DNA from: Emiliania huxleyi CCMP1516
Lineage: Eukaryota
Direction: 5' to 3'
NCBI RefSeq assembly: GCF_000372725.1
Contig: NW_005201298.1
Location: 187,457 to 251,392, forward strand
Length of the DNA stretch: 63,936 nt
The translations under genes and the position numbers were made by a program. Of this stretch, positions 35,725 to 52,300 are shown one piece after another. The notes under the pieces are model-generated. The model had not been told where the DNA came from, searched no databases, and saw only the letters and a program-made list of their open reading frames with translations. The stretch's first letter is position 1; every line of letters begins with the position of its first letter.

Positions 35725-37073
35725 TTAGGGAGGGCACGCGAGCGAGCCCCACGCGAGCGAGGAGGAATCGTAGGGCCAGGCGCTCGTCTGTGCGTCGAAG
35801 CTGGCGTGGATGAGCGCCTTGTTGCAGTCGCTCAGGGAGTTGTGGCCGCAGAACATGGAGCTCATGGTAGTAACCGCCGACACGTCCCACGCGCTGATGT
35901 CCTGGTTGAAGACGGATGCGAAGCAGAACATGCGCTCCATGGTCGTGACTGCAGACACGTTCCACACGCTAATGTCCTGGTTGAAGGAGTAGGCCTGGTA
36001 GAACATGGAGTACATGTCCGTGACCGCCGATGTGTCCAGGCCGACCGTCCCAGCGCAAACCATCGTCTCGGGATTGTACTCTATGCCGACACTCGGGCCG
36101 TAGTTGGTGTCCTCGCAGTCCGGCACGACTGGTACAGTGACATGCTGCGCTTTGTCGGGCGTTCCGCCACCAGCAGACAGAGTGCCCCAACCTGCCGTTA
36201 CGAGGTTAGTCCCGACTTCGTGCCACGTGTTGTCGCCAGGCTGGTCGAGGTCGATCAGTGCGTACTCGCTTGGCCGTTGCAGCTTAATGAGGGTGATGTC
36301 GTTGTCCATCGTGTCTGCTCAGAGATTATACTGTCAGTAGTGCGCTGCATAACCGGAACCTTCTCTGCTACAACCGAAGCTCGATGCCTGCATTGTAGAG
36401 GGCGTTTGGAATAATCGACTCGATATTGATCGTCTCCGTGCAGTCGTCGCCAGCCTCAAACTTGCTCATGGCGTGCCCGCCGAGTAGAACCTAAGAGGGA
36501 GGGGAGTTGATGGTCAACGTGCAAAGCAAGAGGTGACTGGCGCAGTCGGCCGCGTACTCGCTCGAAGTTTGTCCCGCAATGCGCGGCAGTGAGTACCCAC
36601 TGCGGGTGGATGAGCACCGCACCGCAGTAAGACTGGCCCCAGAAGTCCTCCTCCGCTATGTACACCAGGAACGGGTAGAGACGAGGAGGAGCCACCTCCG
36701 TGCCGCCAACAATCATCGGAGATATGACTGGGGGAGCTTTCGCCGACCGCTGCTTGGACAGGTCAACAAAACAGCGGGCGGGAAGCACGCCGGGCGGAGG
36801 CAATGGCGGCGGCACGCCGGGCGGAGAAAATGGCGGCTGCACGCCAGGCAGAGACAATGGTGGCGGCGGGGGCATTGGGTGCGTCGGAGTCGGCGCGGGG
36901 GGCGGAGGGGGCGGTGTCAGTTCTGCTCTTAAGGGAAGCAACCCCAATGCGAGCGCAATCACCAATCCAATGAGTAGTGCGAGCACGAGGACAAGTAAGG
37001 CGGCCAGCGCGCATATCTCCGCTTGCAGCGGCAGCGGTGGTGGCGCCCTCGACGGCGGCCAGACCTGCGGCAA
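35725..37073 (-). CDS. Chimeric protein: TM/Pro-rich leader, trypsin-like domain lacking the catalytic Ser, DUF285-type repeats
   Basis: [34 protein letters not shown] and MVCAG, followed directly by [47 protein letters not shown]. Confidence 0.7.
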
Positions 37074-37075
37074 CG

Positions 37076-38441
37076 ATGGCCCTCCGGCTCCTTGCCGTGA
37101 AGACTTCGCTCACCTCGGAGACGGTCAAGAGCGAGCATACCGGCAAGCCCGCAACAAGTGGGCTGCAGCGGGCAAGAAGCGCAAGCGACACGAAAGCAAG
37201 CATGCTGAGCGAGATGCAAAAGTACATCACGATGCTGCTCGAGCGCAGATCATGCGGCTGCGTTGCGGGGAAACGCAGGACGCCGCGGAGTCCCTCGCCG
37301 CTTACTTGCTCCGTGGAGGAAGCGGCGATCCCAGCTACGGCTCGTCGGACTGGTGCGTAGCAGCGACACTGGTCCGCCTGCCCAGCACGCGTAACCCCCT
37401 CTCTGCTCGCAGGCTATCAGAATTCATCCTCCTGATGAGCATGGAGGCAACATACTCCGCTGTCGAGAAGGCCGCTGCAGCTAGCCTCGCGCTGAGTGAG
37501 CCGGCAACGCGATTCATGATCGAGAAAATGCGGTCACTGGCGGTGCAATGGCGAGATATGGCAGCGTCGACCTTCCAGCAGGAGCAGGATTCGCAAGTGT
37601 GCGCCTTGCTGTCGTCTGCAGTATACTGCGACGATGTTCAGCTGCCGCCGATGCTACCTCCGAAGCTCGCCGCCCTTGCATCAGTGCTTGCCGCCCCCAA
37701 AACAGTCGACATCGAGGCCAGTGACGCACAGCTGCAGGAGTACGAGGCGCACCTGGACCGGCTGAGAGAGAAGCGTCGCGCGTCGGAGCAGCGCACGGCA
37801 GAGAGGAAGGCGGGCGTGCTGCCAGCCAAGGAGCCAGAGGCGGAGGCTGCGAGTCTCGAGCGCTATCTTCGCGAGCGAGAGGAGCGAGAGAAGCTTCGGG
37901 CGCTGTGCAGAGCAATCGAGGAGGGCGACGAGGCTACGGCGCGGGCGTGGCTGGACGGCGGTGGGCAGATCAACGCGATGTACGAGTACGAGCAGGACTC
38001 AAAGGGCCAGCCCATGTACAGGACGCTGCTGGGGCTTGCAGCCAGAGGGACCGGGGGTATGAATGGCAGGGCCAAGCAAGAGGCGGCGCTGGTCCATATG
38101 CTGCTGCAGCGCGGTGCTGAGATCGACCAGCAAGATGGGCGGGGCGAGACGGCGCTGTCCTGATGCTCGCCGCTGAAGGCGGCAACGTGCTGGTGGTGGA
38201 CATCCTGCTGCGGCACGGCGCGGAAGTCAACTTGCGAGACAACCAAGGCTGGACTGCGCTCGTGTGCGCCTCCTTCTACTCCATGCCTGACCGTGCTCGA
38301 CACGCTACTCTGCTCCGGCTGCTGCAGGCAGGCGCAATTATGCCGACTGCAGTCTGGTACAAAAGCGCCGTCTGCACTCGTACCAACGACCAGTACAACT
38401 ACCTGCGAGAGGTGGAATCGGCATATCGCATGTCAACCTGA
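37076..38441 (+). pseudogene. Ankyrin-repeat protein with a frameshift near 38160; start uncertain
   Basis: LLQRGAEIDQQDGRGETAL | MLAAEGGNVLVVDILLRHGAEVNLRDNQGWTAL. Five extra nucleotides (TCCTG) break the frame. Confidence 0.65.
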
Positions 38442-38447
38442 GGGAGG

Positions 38448-38590
38448 GTGTAGAGGATGTAGAGTGTAGAGCGCTGAAGAGCTGTAGAGCTGTAGAGCTG
38501 TAGAGAGAGCGCTCTGGAGCGCTGTAGAGCTGTAGAGCTCTACATCGGGCGCGGGACGAACTGCGTGCGTTGTAGAGCGATGTAGAGCGC
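38448..38590. repeat. (TGTAGAGC)n repeat cluster
   Basis: Directly visible. Confidence 0.8.
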
Positions 38591-38711
38591 GATTTTCAAG
38601 CCAAACGAGGGGTGGGAGTTCAATCAATGAATCGACTCAGCATGCGATTTGTTTTTTCTGGTCATCAAGGCTGAAAGCTCTGTGCTTTGTGACTGATCCG
38701 TCAATCTTCCA

Positions 38712-41700
38712 ATGAACACACTCCGTCTGGCGAACCGCGCCGCCGCGAGGTCGGTGCGCCAAATCAAGCACGGGCAGCTCCTTGGCAGTCGCGCCATCGC
38801 CAACACGGCTGCGCGCAGCCTCGGCGTGCACGTGCCAGCGGTGCTGCGCTCGCAGGCCTCCCTTCTCAGCACAGCGAGGTCGGTCGAGCACTCTGACCAG
38901 GAGTGGACTGCGAGCGCGGCGAGCCCGCCGTTTGACCCGTCCGACGAGGCCACGGTCCAAGCGTGGACAGAGCGCTTCCTCGACGCCGTGCGTGACGTGC
39001 CGGCGGCGACGGACCCGGCTCGGAGCGCGGCGGTGCTGAGGGAGCTCGTCAAGTCGAACCTGCTCTCCTTCACGGACATGCGCGACGCGCCCGAGAAGTT
39101 CTTCCTCGCGCACCGCCTCCTCGCCACCGTCGGCCTAGGCGGCTTTGGTGTCCGCTTCACCGTCCAGTTCAACCTGTTCGCAGGCTCGATAGTCGGGCTG
39201 GGCGGGCCGGAGCAGGTGGCGAGCCTGCGCGAGATCACCCGAGATTTCACGAGATCACTCGCGATCACCCGAGCAGGTGGCGAGCCTGCGCGACATCCAG
39301 GCGGCGGGCCAGCTGGGCTGCTTCCTGCTGACAGAGGCGCAGGCGGGCGTGCTGTCTGGACTGATCGTCGAGACTACCTGCGAGTGGGACGCGGGCTCGC
39401 AAGAGGCGCGCCGTAGGTAGACGACCCTCCGCCTGCGCCACCCCTGCCATTCCCCCGCCAACATCGTACATGAAGCGCGCCGGCGGCCGCCTCCTCTGGC
39501 ATACCTCGACACAGTGGCGGGCGTCTCTGCCACAGAGTCAGACCCCGAGCCCCGCTGTCGCAGTTCGTCCTGCACACGCCGAGCGACAAGGCGGCCAAGA
39601 ACTGGATATCGCAGGGGTACACGGCCGAGCGCGGCGTCGTCATCGCAGACTTGGTCATCGGCGGAGAGAGCCACGGGTCGCACGCCTCCCTCCTCTCGTT
39701 GCGACGCCGAGTGAGTGAGAGTACTGAGTGCCGAGTGGGCTCTGGTCAGGCCGCACGCCTTCCTCCTCTCGATGCGCGACGCGGAGGGGCAGCTGCTGCC
39801 CGGCATCACCGTCGAGGACATGGGCACAAAGACGGTGGCGAACGACCTCGACAACGCGCGCGTCTGCTTCGACAAGGCCACGCTAACCACCGGCCGCCAC
39901 GCGGAGCGAGCCGGTCCGCTGGCCAAGCAGCGGATGCACTTGAGGTAGGTCCGGCTGCCAAAGGACGCGATGCTAAACAAGTTCGCGGACGTGCGAAACG
40001 ACGCGTACGTGCAGACCACCGACGAGCGGATGCGGATCGAGGTGATCGGCCAGCGCCTCCTCACGGGACGGCTCGCGATCGCAGAGGCGACGCCCTCGCG
40101 ACCTCGGCTCCATCTCGGCTCTATCCTGGCTCCATCTCGGCTCTATCCTGGCTCTATCTCGGCTCTCTCTCGGCTCTATCTCGGCTCTATCTCGGCTCTA
40201 TCTCTCGCAGAGGCGAGGCCCCTCGCGACCTCGGCTCCATCTCGGCTCCCTCTCGGCTCCCTCTCGGCTGTCTCTCGGCTCTCTCCCGGCTGTCTCTCGG
40301 CTCACCTCGGCTCCTCTCGGCGCACGGAGCATGCGATCACCGCTGGTGCCCTGCGACCTACCTCCAGGCGGCCCTGGCGAGCTGCCGCGTGCTTCACCTC
40401 CGCACCGAGCAGTACGCGCGCGGCAAGGTCTGCAACGGGCTTGCGGGCGAGGTGCGCCTGTCCGAGATGCCGCAGCTGAAGGCGGTCTTCCGCGAGTCCG
40501 AGGCGAGGGTAGCCGAGAGGGGAGCGGAGAGGAGCCGAGGTGAGGCCGAGGGGTGGCCGAGGTGAGCCGAGGTGCAGCTGAGGGGCAGCCGAGGTGAGGC
40601 CGAGAGGAGCCGAAAGGGCCTGAGAGGAACGAGAGGGGCCGAGAGGAGCCGCGAGGAGCCGCGAGGAGCCGAGAGGAGCCGAGAGGAGCCGAGAGGAGAG
40701 GAGCCAAGGTGAGCCGAGGACACGTCCCCGACACGTCCCTGTAGGCGGCGCTCGAGCAGATGGCAGCCTTCACTGCTGGCGTCGAGCAGCGGCTGAACAG
40801 CTGCCTGCGCGCAGGCACCATCCCGGACGCGGATCTCGTCGATGCGATCGCGGTGGCCAACCAGTCCCCGAGATTGCCCGAGAGTATCCGAGATTGCCCG
40901 AGCTTGCCGGAGATTCCCCGTCGCCAACGAGCCTCTCCTCGGTCGGGGCCCAGTTGCGCTCATCCCTCGTGCTCCTGCTCCTCCCGGATCTTGGGTAGGT
41001 TGGCCAAGGTCCGGGAGATGAGTTAGTTAATGAGCTGGGTAGGTGGCCAAGATCCGTTGCATCGACGTCGCGCTCGAGCGCGCGCACGCGCTGCGCAAGG
41101 AGGTCGGCAGCTACGCTCTGATGCACGAGATTTCTCGAGATTGCACGAGATTACCCGAGAGTATCCGAGAGTCTAGGTCGGCAGCAACGCTCTGATGCAC
41201 GAGATTGCACGAGATTGCACGAGATAACCCGAGGTTGTCCGAGAGTACAGGTCGGCAGCTACGCACTGATGCACGCGACGGGGTTCGAGCTGGTCGACAT
41301 GCTGCTCTGCTGCAAGTTCGCCGAGGGGGACAGCCGCATCCTGCAGCAGAAGCTCACCCGCGACCGGCTCAAGGCGCTGCAAAAGGGCGGCGCGGCAGCC
41401 GCCCTCTCTGGCTTGCTCGGCGAGCACCGCGCCGAGGTGTTCGCCGCGGCGAATCTGGCTCGGAAGCTGCAGCCGGCGAGATTAACCGGGGTTGCCCCCC
41501 CTGATTACCCGAGATCACCCGAGATTGCTGAGTTGGCTTGCGGATTGTGTTTAGGCGGGGAGGGACGTCGCCAAGCTCGCCGCCGCCATGGACGAGCACT
41601 GGCGCGAGATCTACGACCTCGCCGAGATGATTGCAGAGCGGCACATCCGCACTGGACCGCGCGCCGCGTTTGTCGAGGGCCCTTCTGTGGAGCGGCTGAC

Positions 41701-41761
41701 ACCGGCGGCGACCGGCTTCGACGCGGACTGGAAGGGCAAGCTCGGCGCGCCCGTGGCGTGA
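38712..41761 (+). CDS. Acyl-CoA oxidase/dehydrogenase family flavoprotein, multi-exon, with an Arg-rich mitochondrial-type presequence
   Basis: RFTVQFNLFAGSI, GCFLLTE, ETTCEWD, FVLHTPSDKAAKNWISQG, HAFLL, DNARVCF, LLTGRL and KFAEGDSRILQQK. Confidence 0.85.
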
Positions 41762-42245
41762 GACGGGGGCGGCAGCTGATGATCACTGGTGAGATATATG
41801 TGCTGAGATATATAAGATTGTGTGCGCGACGGCGGCGCACGGCCGAGTCTTTTTCTTTTCGAGCTGCGAGCTGTGTGTTCCTGGAAATTACCCTGCGACC
41901 GCCTGGGTATTTTGTCGATTTCCTCGGGGAGAGGGCATCTAGTAGCGTAGGCACTCGTACTCGAGCGTGGTGCTCGTAGGTCGTAGCTGCCTCAGATTTT
42001 GCCCCAGACCAGCTCTCAGACTCAGGGAAACTCGCGAGTTTCCAGAATGGAGCACCAAACACCCTTTGTTTTCCCTGGAAATTTCCGGAAACGCAAAGTG
42101 CTGGGGACCCTCTGTTTTCCTTTTTGTTTTCCGGAAAACCTCGTTGAGCCCAAACCGTAGTAAAGCTGTACCTCGTGACTACGGCTGTACGTACGGATTT
42201 AGTCGAGGACCTCCAGACTCCAGTGATTGTGACGTCTCTCTAGAC

Positions 42246-43325
42246 TCACAGCCCGGTGGTCGAGACGTCTGGAGCGCACCACATCACGCGGAAGTGAACG
42301 TAATCGTCCCTGGGGCCCTGCCTTTCCTCGCCTCCGAGCGTGCACGTCGCCGCGGCGAGCGCCTCGTCCACCGTCTCGCCGCACGAGATCTCCTCGACGC
42401 GCAGCTGGTGCGCCTCGCATGCGGCCGCGAACGCGTCGACGCCCGTGCGGCGCGCATTGTTGAGCACGTACGCCGCGCCGTGCGGGCGGCTCAGCCAGTG
42501 CGGCAGCAGCGCCGCCAGCAGCCGTGCGCCTTCGATAGAGTACAGCACTTCGGTGGCGATCACGACATCGCACGGCGCCCACGAGCAATCCCGCGGCTGC
42601 CGCCTCTGCGGAGGACCGTGGCGAGTCCTCCGCCGGTGGCTGCGCAGCGTCCATGCTCCACTCCACCGGCTTCGTCGGCTGCGACCAGTCGAGCTCCAGC
42701 ACTCGCAGGCACGCCGGCTCCAAGGGTAGCCGGGCACGATTGCTTGCGACATTGTCGCGTAGCAGGTGCATCACCGTCGCCTCACTGCGAAAGTGACCGC
42801 GAAAGTCGCTCAGCCACACGCTCCGTGGGCCACATGCCGCCGCCACGCTGATGCCGAGCAGCCCGCAGCCCGCGCCGAGCTCGACAACGGATTTGTCGCG
42901 AAAGACCGCGGCGTTCGCCAGAGCCCACGCGCGGTGGACCCAAGCTCCATGCCAAATACGAGTTCCGGTGTGCTCAAACGTCTCGCGCAACACGACGAGA
43001 GGAGACAAATCGCGATCGTGTGCGCGCGTCACCAACCAGTGTGCGTAGCCGCGGACCGCACTCTCGAGCCTCCCACAGTGGCCTCGTGCATCTCCGCCTG
43101 CACTCGCCTCGCCGCGATCGCTTGGTCTCTGTCGAGAGGCCCGGCAATCTTTCGATTGGCGAACGGCTCGAGTGGCAGCGCCTCATCGACATCAACATAG
43201 CTAGCGACGGCAAGTTCGCTCGTGTTGGTGCCTTCCGGAACCACGATGTCGAGGCGCGACAGCTTCCAGCGGCGCAAGCCGCACGACGGCGCGCCTGACG
43301 ACTGCGATGAACCACCGTCGGCCAT
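42246..43325 (-). CDS. METTL21/EEF2KMT-like (family 16) SAM-dependent lysine methyltransferase, broken over three frames
   Basis: TGTRIW, KSVVELGAGCGLLG, WLSDF, ELDW and DVVIATEVLY. The frame changes near 43030 and 42600-42740 could be introns, errors or pseudogenisation. Confidence 0.7.
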
Positions 43326-44560
43326 GATTGTTGCCACGTGGCCGGCGCGCGCCCGCTCGCTTCTTGCTCTTGCGTGCGCGCCTTCCGCACACCACAGCAA
43401 TGTGAGCTTGCCTTTTGCCGCCGCGTGGCCGACGCTGACGCTGACGCCGTGCGCTCCGTGCGCGCGCAGATAGCCAAACGTAACCACCAGAGCGTCGGTC
43501 AACGAGAAAATCAACGGAGCGACTCTTGATCAACACAGAGACGGAAAAATCTGATCATCGACGGCGGTCGTGCGACACCAGACGTTCACCAATGGCTCTT
43601 CATGGGTAACATTCGAGTGCGACGACGGCGAATCACCAGACCTGTCTGTCTGTGCAACCGCTTCATCTTATTGGAGGCGATCGCGCTGCTGACGCCGTCC
43701 TTCTTTGCGACGACATCCACCGCGTACGGTGCAAAGTCCGGACTAGGTTGGATGCCGGGGACGGTCAGAGAGCCATCGGCCAGCGGGCCACAAGCGACGG
43801 GCACCGCCATTCACTTGAGCACTTGATAGGGTCGATTCCGCATGGTACGGCCGTAGCCGCCGCCCTGTGTTAGTGCCAGTGCGAGCCAGTCCCGTGCCCA
43901 GTCCCGAGCCAGGCCGTTGTAAAATTCTTGTCGCTTAGGCTCCGGTGGTGTGCCGGTGATAGTCTCTCGAGGTTCTCGAGGTGGATATCCTTTGGCCGCG
44001 TTGGGTAGCGAGGATTGGTGTGACGCGATCCACGCAGGCGTGTTTTCTGGCGGCCGACCGTCAGTGCACGGAGTTGCCCCTTCTCCGACTGCCCCGGCTA
44101 GTTCCCGAGTTTCGCGGGAGTGACCCCATGCGTCAAACCCGAGACCTAGCGCGGGTGGGTTGGAGGGAGCTCGCCCCGTTCCTCCCCATCGGGCCGCGTG
44201 AGCGGCCACGCCTCGCAGATTCGTTTTCGCGCCTGGGTCAGGCGCGCGGGGCATCCCCCGGGTCGCTCGACCAGCGATCCGAAGAGTGGCCGCTATGCGA
44301 GGGAAAGAGCGGGGCCCTCGACGCCTCAGTCCGGCCCTCCGAGGGGGGAAGGGAAGTGCGGGGTCCCCACGGGCGCCTCAGTTCGGCCCTCCCGAGGGGG
44401 GGAGGGGAGCAAGGGGGTGGGGGGATTGGGGTGGTGGGGAGGGGTCTCGGTTTCATGTGGCTAACACTTGCCTTTCGGGGAGGGGCCTCGGCCTGGCGAG
44501 TCCAGCTCAACCTGACTTCTTCCCCCCCTCCCTCGAGGCAGCGAGTAGGCAGCGAGAGGA

Positions 44561-45290
44561 GGTCTCGAGCGCCTATATGAAGGTATGTGAGATGGTGATG
44601 GGAATGGGTGGTCGGGCGGGCGGGCGGGCGGGCGGGCGGGCGGGCGGGCGGGCGGGCGGGCAAGCAAGCGGGGAGCGGCGGGCGGGCGGGGCGGAGCGGG
44701 CGGGCAGGGTTATCGGGGGAATCGTGTCCACAATCAGCGGCAGCGGAGCAGCAGCCGCAGCAGCAGCTGCTGCAGCAGCAAGCAGCAGCCAGATTGCTGC
44801 CGTTGTCTGCGCCGCGATCCGCCGCCGCGCCGCCGCGCCGCCGCCGCCTGCGCTCGCCGCCGCCTCGTAGACGACTCCTCTCGCGCTCGGAGAGCCGCGC
44901 AGCGGGCCGCGAGGTTGTGGTCAGAGAGCAGCAGGGTTGAGATCCACAAAATCGGCCAAATTTGAGGTTGCTCGAGAGAGCCTGGAAATGGTCCCGCGCC
45001 GTTGCCCCGGTGCCGGCGCATCACGTCTCAGCCGCGATGGGCCGGTTCCGCCGCGCAGTCGAGCAGCAGGAGCTCGGAGGCAACTTTGTCGACAAACTGG
45101 TCGAGCCAAAAATCGGCGAGGAAGCGGCACCGGCGGCACGCCGGGACGAGTCCGGACTGATCACATTGTTCGGCACCGCGGCGGCGAGCCGCCGCGAGCC
45201 CACAGGAGAGCTGGGCGCCGCGGCACCAGACCGCGCCGCCAGCGAGGCGAGAGCAGCAGCCGACCGGCCGTGACATGGGAGTTAGACGGC
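44561..45290 (+). repeat. Dispersed repeat family B (about 720 bp), copy 1
   Basis: Collinear with 54273-55000. Starts GGTCTCGAGCGCCTATATGAAGGTATGTGAGATGGTGATGGGAATGGG and contains (GGGC)n and (CAG)n tracts. Confidence 0.9.
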
Positions 45291-45507
45291 GGGATTTTTC
45301 TAGTCTTCACCGGTGATAGTACTAGCACGCGCCAGTTCGCACCTGTGTCGAGCCTGTCTGCTGTGAGAGAGAGTCTGTCTTTAAATTCTTTTCCAGAGGG
45401 ACTTTGTTTAAGCTACTTTCTTTTCCGTTTTATTAAATTCTTTTCGCAGAGGTGACGACAGCGCACGCCGCTCGCGACGACCGGCAACCCGGCTGCACCG
45501 GCGAGCG

Positions 45508-50199
<4,692 letters not shown>

Positions 50200-50209
50200 G
50201 GCGGCGCGG

Positions 50210-50387
50210 CGCGGTCCGCCGATGGAGACGAGGCTGCTCGGGCAGGCGACCGAGACGAGAGAGGCGCGGTGCTGGAACGCCTCGTCCGGCAGGTGCGTCA
50301 TGCCCTCGGGCAGCACCGCGTGCCCGCCGGTGACGACGACCTGCCAGCCGCCCACGTCCAAAGTCTCGGAGCCGGGTGATGGGGCTG
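50210..50387 (-). pseudogene. BspA-type leucine-rich-repeat gene fragment
   Basis: LPEGMTHLPDEAFQHRASLVSVACPSSLVSIG resembles the BspA/LRR_5 consensus. No start or continuation found. Confidence 0.5.
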
Positions 50388-50563
50388 CTAAGGTAAGGTA
50401 AGGTAACGTAAATTTCTCCACACACACAAAGTGGTGGGGCAAGGGGGGGCGACCCTCGCATCTCTACACCCGGACACGCGCCACGCGGGGGGCTTATAAG
50501 ACCAAGACGAGCCAAGAGCCCCACGCGCCACGGCATTCAAAGTGCAAGCACTGGCCCGGTGCA
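50388..50563 (-). mobile_element. Putative non-LTR/SINE-like element end with a (TTACC)n tail
   Basis: Related to 35653-35721, 16508-16619 and 468-550. Confidence 0.55.
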
Positions 50564-52216
50564 CGTGGGTGAGCAGCCTGCCCCTCCCTCCCGACAAACC
50601 AACTCCCGCACACACGCAATTGCACTCTGGCCATCGAATGACTCCGAATGACTCACTGTGTGTGCTAAGTCCTAAGACAGAATCTCCGCAGACAGCCAAA
50701 ACGGGCCGTGCGCCCGTGCCGCGTTATGAGTTATGTGGTGAGTGTCCTCTCAAGCACGGGGCTGCTCGGGCGAGCGTCTCCATATCTCGCGCGAGTGTCA
50801 CCATGGATCACTCTAATTGCGAGTTTCTTTTTGTTTCTTTTGAGAGCCTGGCAACCTAATCACCTGAGGCGTTGTCCTATCGCGAGTTACTTTTCGTGAA
50901 TTTTCTGAAGGCACAGGAAGTCGGCCGGCAAGCGCATTTTCGTCCTCACGCTGTGGCGCCGGATTTCTTCTTTATCGAACGCCTTGGAGGACGCAGCTCC
51001 GGTTGCCGCTGCCTGCCGCCGCCCGCATGGCCCGCCGCCGCCGCCTGCCGCCGCCGCCCGCCGCCGCCGCCGCCCGCCGCCGCCGCCTGCCGCAGCCGCC
51101 GCCCGCCGCCGCCGCCAGCCGCCGCCGGCCCAGCCGCCTGCCTGGCCTCGCCTCTGCTGCCGCGGAGGCAACGCCCTACGGGCACCCAAGGCCCGACGGG
51201 CACAACCAACGCCGAGAGGCACCCCATACCGCCGCGGAGAAGGCTTCCGGCGATGCCGGCCGCTGCTCCAACGCGAGAAAGAACCAAAGCAAATCTGATT
51301 GACGCACGCAAGTGCCCCATCTGGCTCAGAGCCGACATGAAGCACGCAAGTGCGAACAAAAGGGTTGCTTTGGCTGGAATCAGCCATTCAACTACGAACC
51401 AAGGGCGGCACAACCCGCCGGACCCAAGCCTGTGGCCCGCAATCCCCTGCCTGTGAGCTCAGTGCGGGGCAGTGCGGCGGGGGCCGGGCCCCCCCCTCTA
51501 GCCCGGGGCCGACAGCCTGGGCACGCCGTGGCTGTGAGCTCAGCGCGGGAGAGGTCGCGCAACGCGCGTGTCTCAGACACCCAGACACCATCTGGGCCCC
51601 TCCCTGCGAAAAGGGCCACGGCGGCGAGGCGCAATGCCTCCCCTCTAGCCCGGGGCCAGCGCTGTCGGGCACGCCATGGGGATTGCGGGCGCAAACGCAG
51701 CCGATCGGACTGCCCTGGCGCAACGCGCCGGGCGGTTCGAGCCCCGGGGCTCACCCGGGGAAACCCTCCCCCCCTCCCCCTCCCCGCGTCGGCCCAGCCG
51801 CCGCCTCCCGCGCGCGCCTGGCTGCCTGGTGGAGACACACGGGGCTGAGCGCCGCAGCTGCTGTCCTCCTCGAGGCCAAGCAGCTCGGCCTGCCCCCTCC
51901 CGCCGGGCTGAGCCACGGCGTTGCCCCATGCGAGAGGCTGGATGGGGCCGGTGATGGGGGCATGGGACGGAGGGTGAGGTCGTCCGCACAGCGGCCGCGC
52001 CCACGGTACGAGCCGCCACCGAGCGGATCGACCAAGGGCCGTGGCTGCAGTGCGGGCGCAGAGCGCCCGAGGGCTCCTGGCGAGGGAGGCGCTATACAAA
52101 TCTCCCGACGCGCCGACTGGCTACCACCCGCGCCCGCGGCTCTGGTGGTGCGGAAACGCCAGCACATAATTAGTGGTGGGTTTATAGTGACTGTGTCGGT
52201 GTGTGTGTGTGTGTGT

Positions 52217-52265
<49 letters not shown>

Positions 52266-52300
52266 ATGCTATTTGTTTCGTCAACAAAACGGTTCCGACC

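Noticed and set aside
45290..45507. Possible glmS ribozyme upstream of glmS
   Set aside because: No recognisable ribozyme core; the upstream DNA is repeat family B and an AT-rich promoter-like tract.
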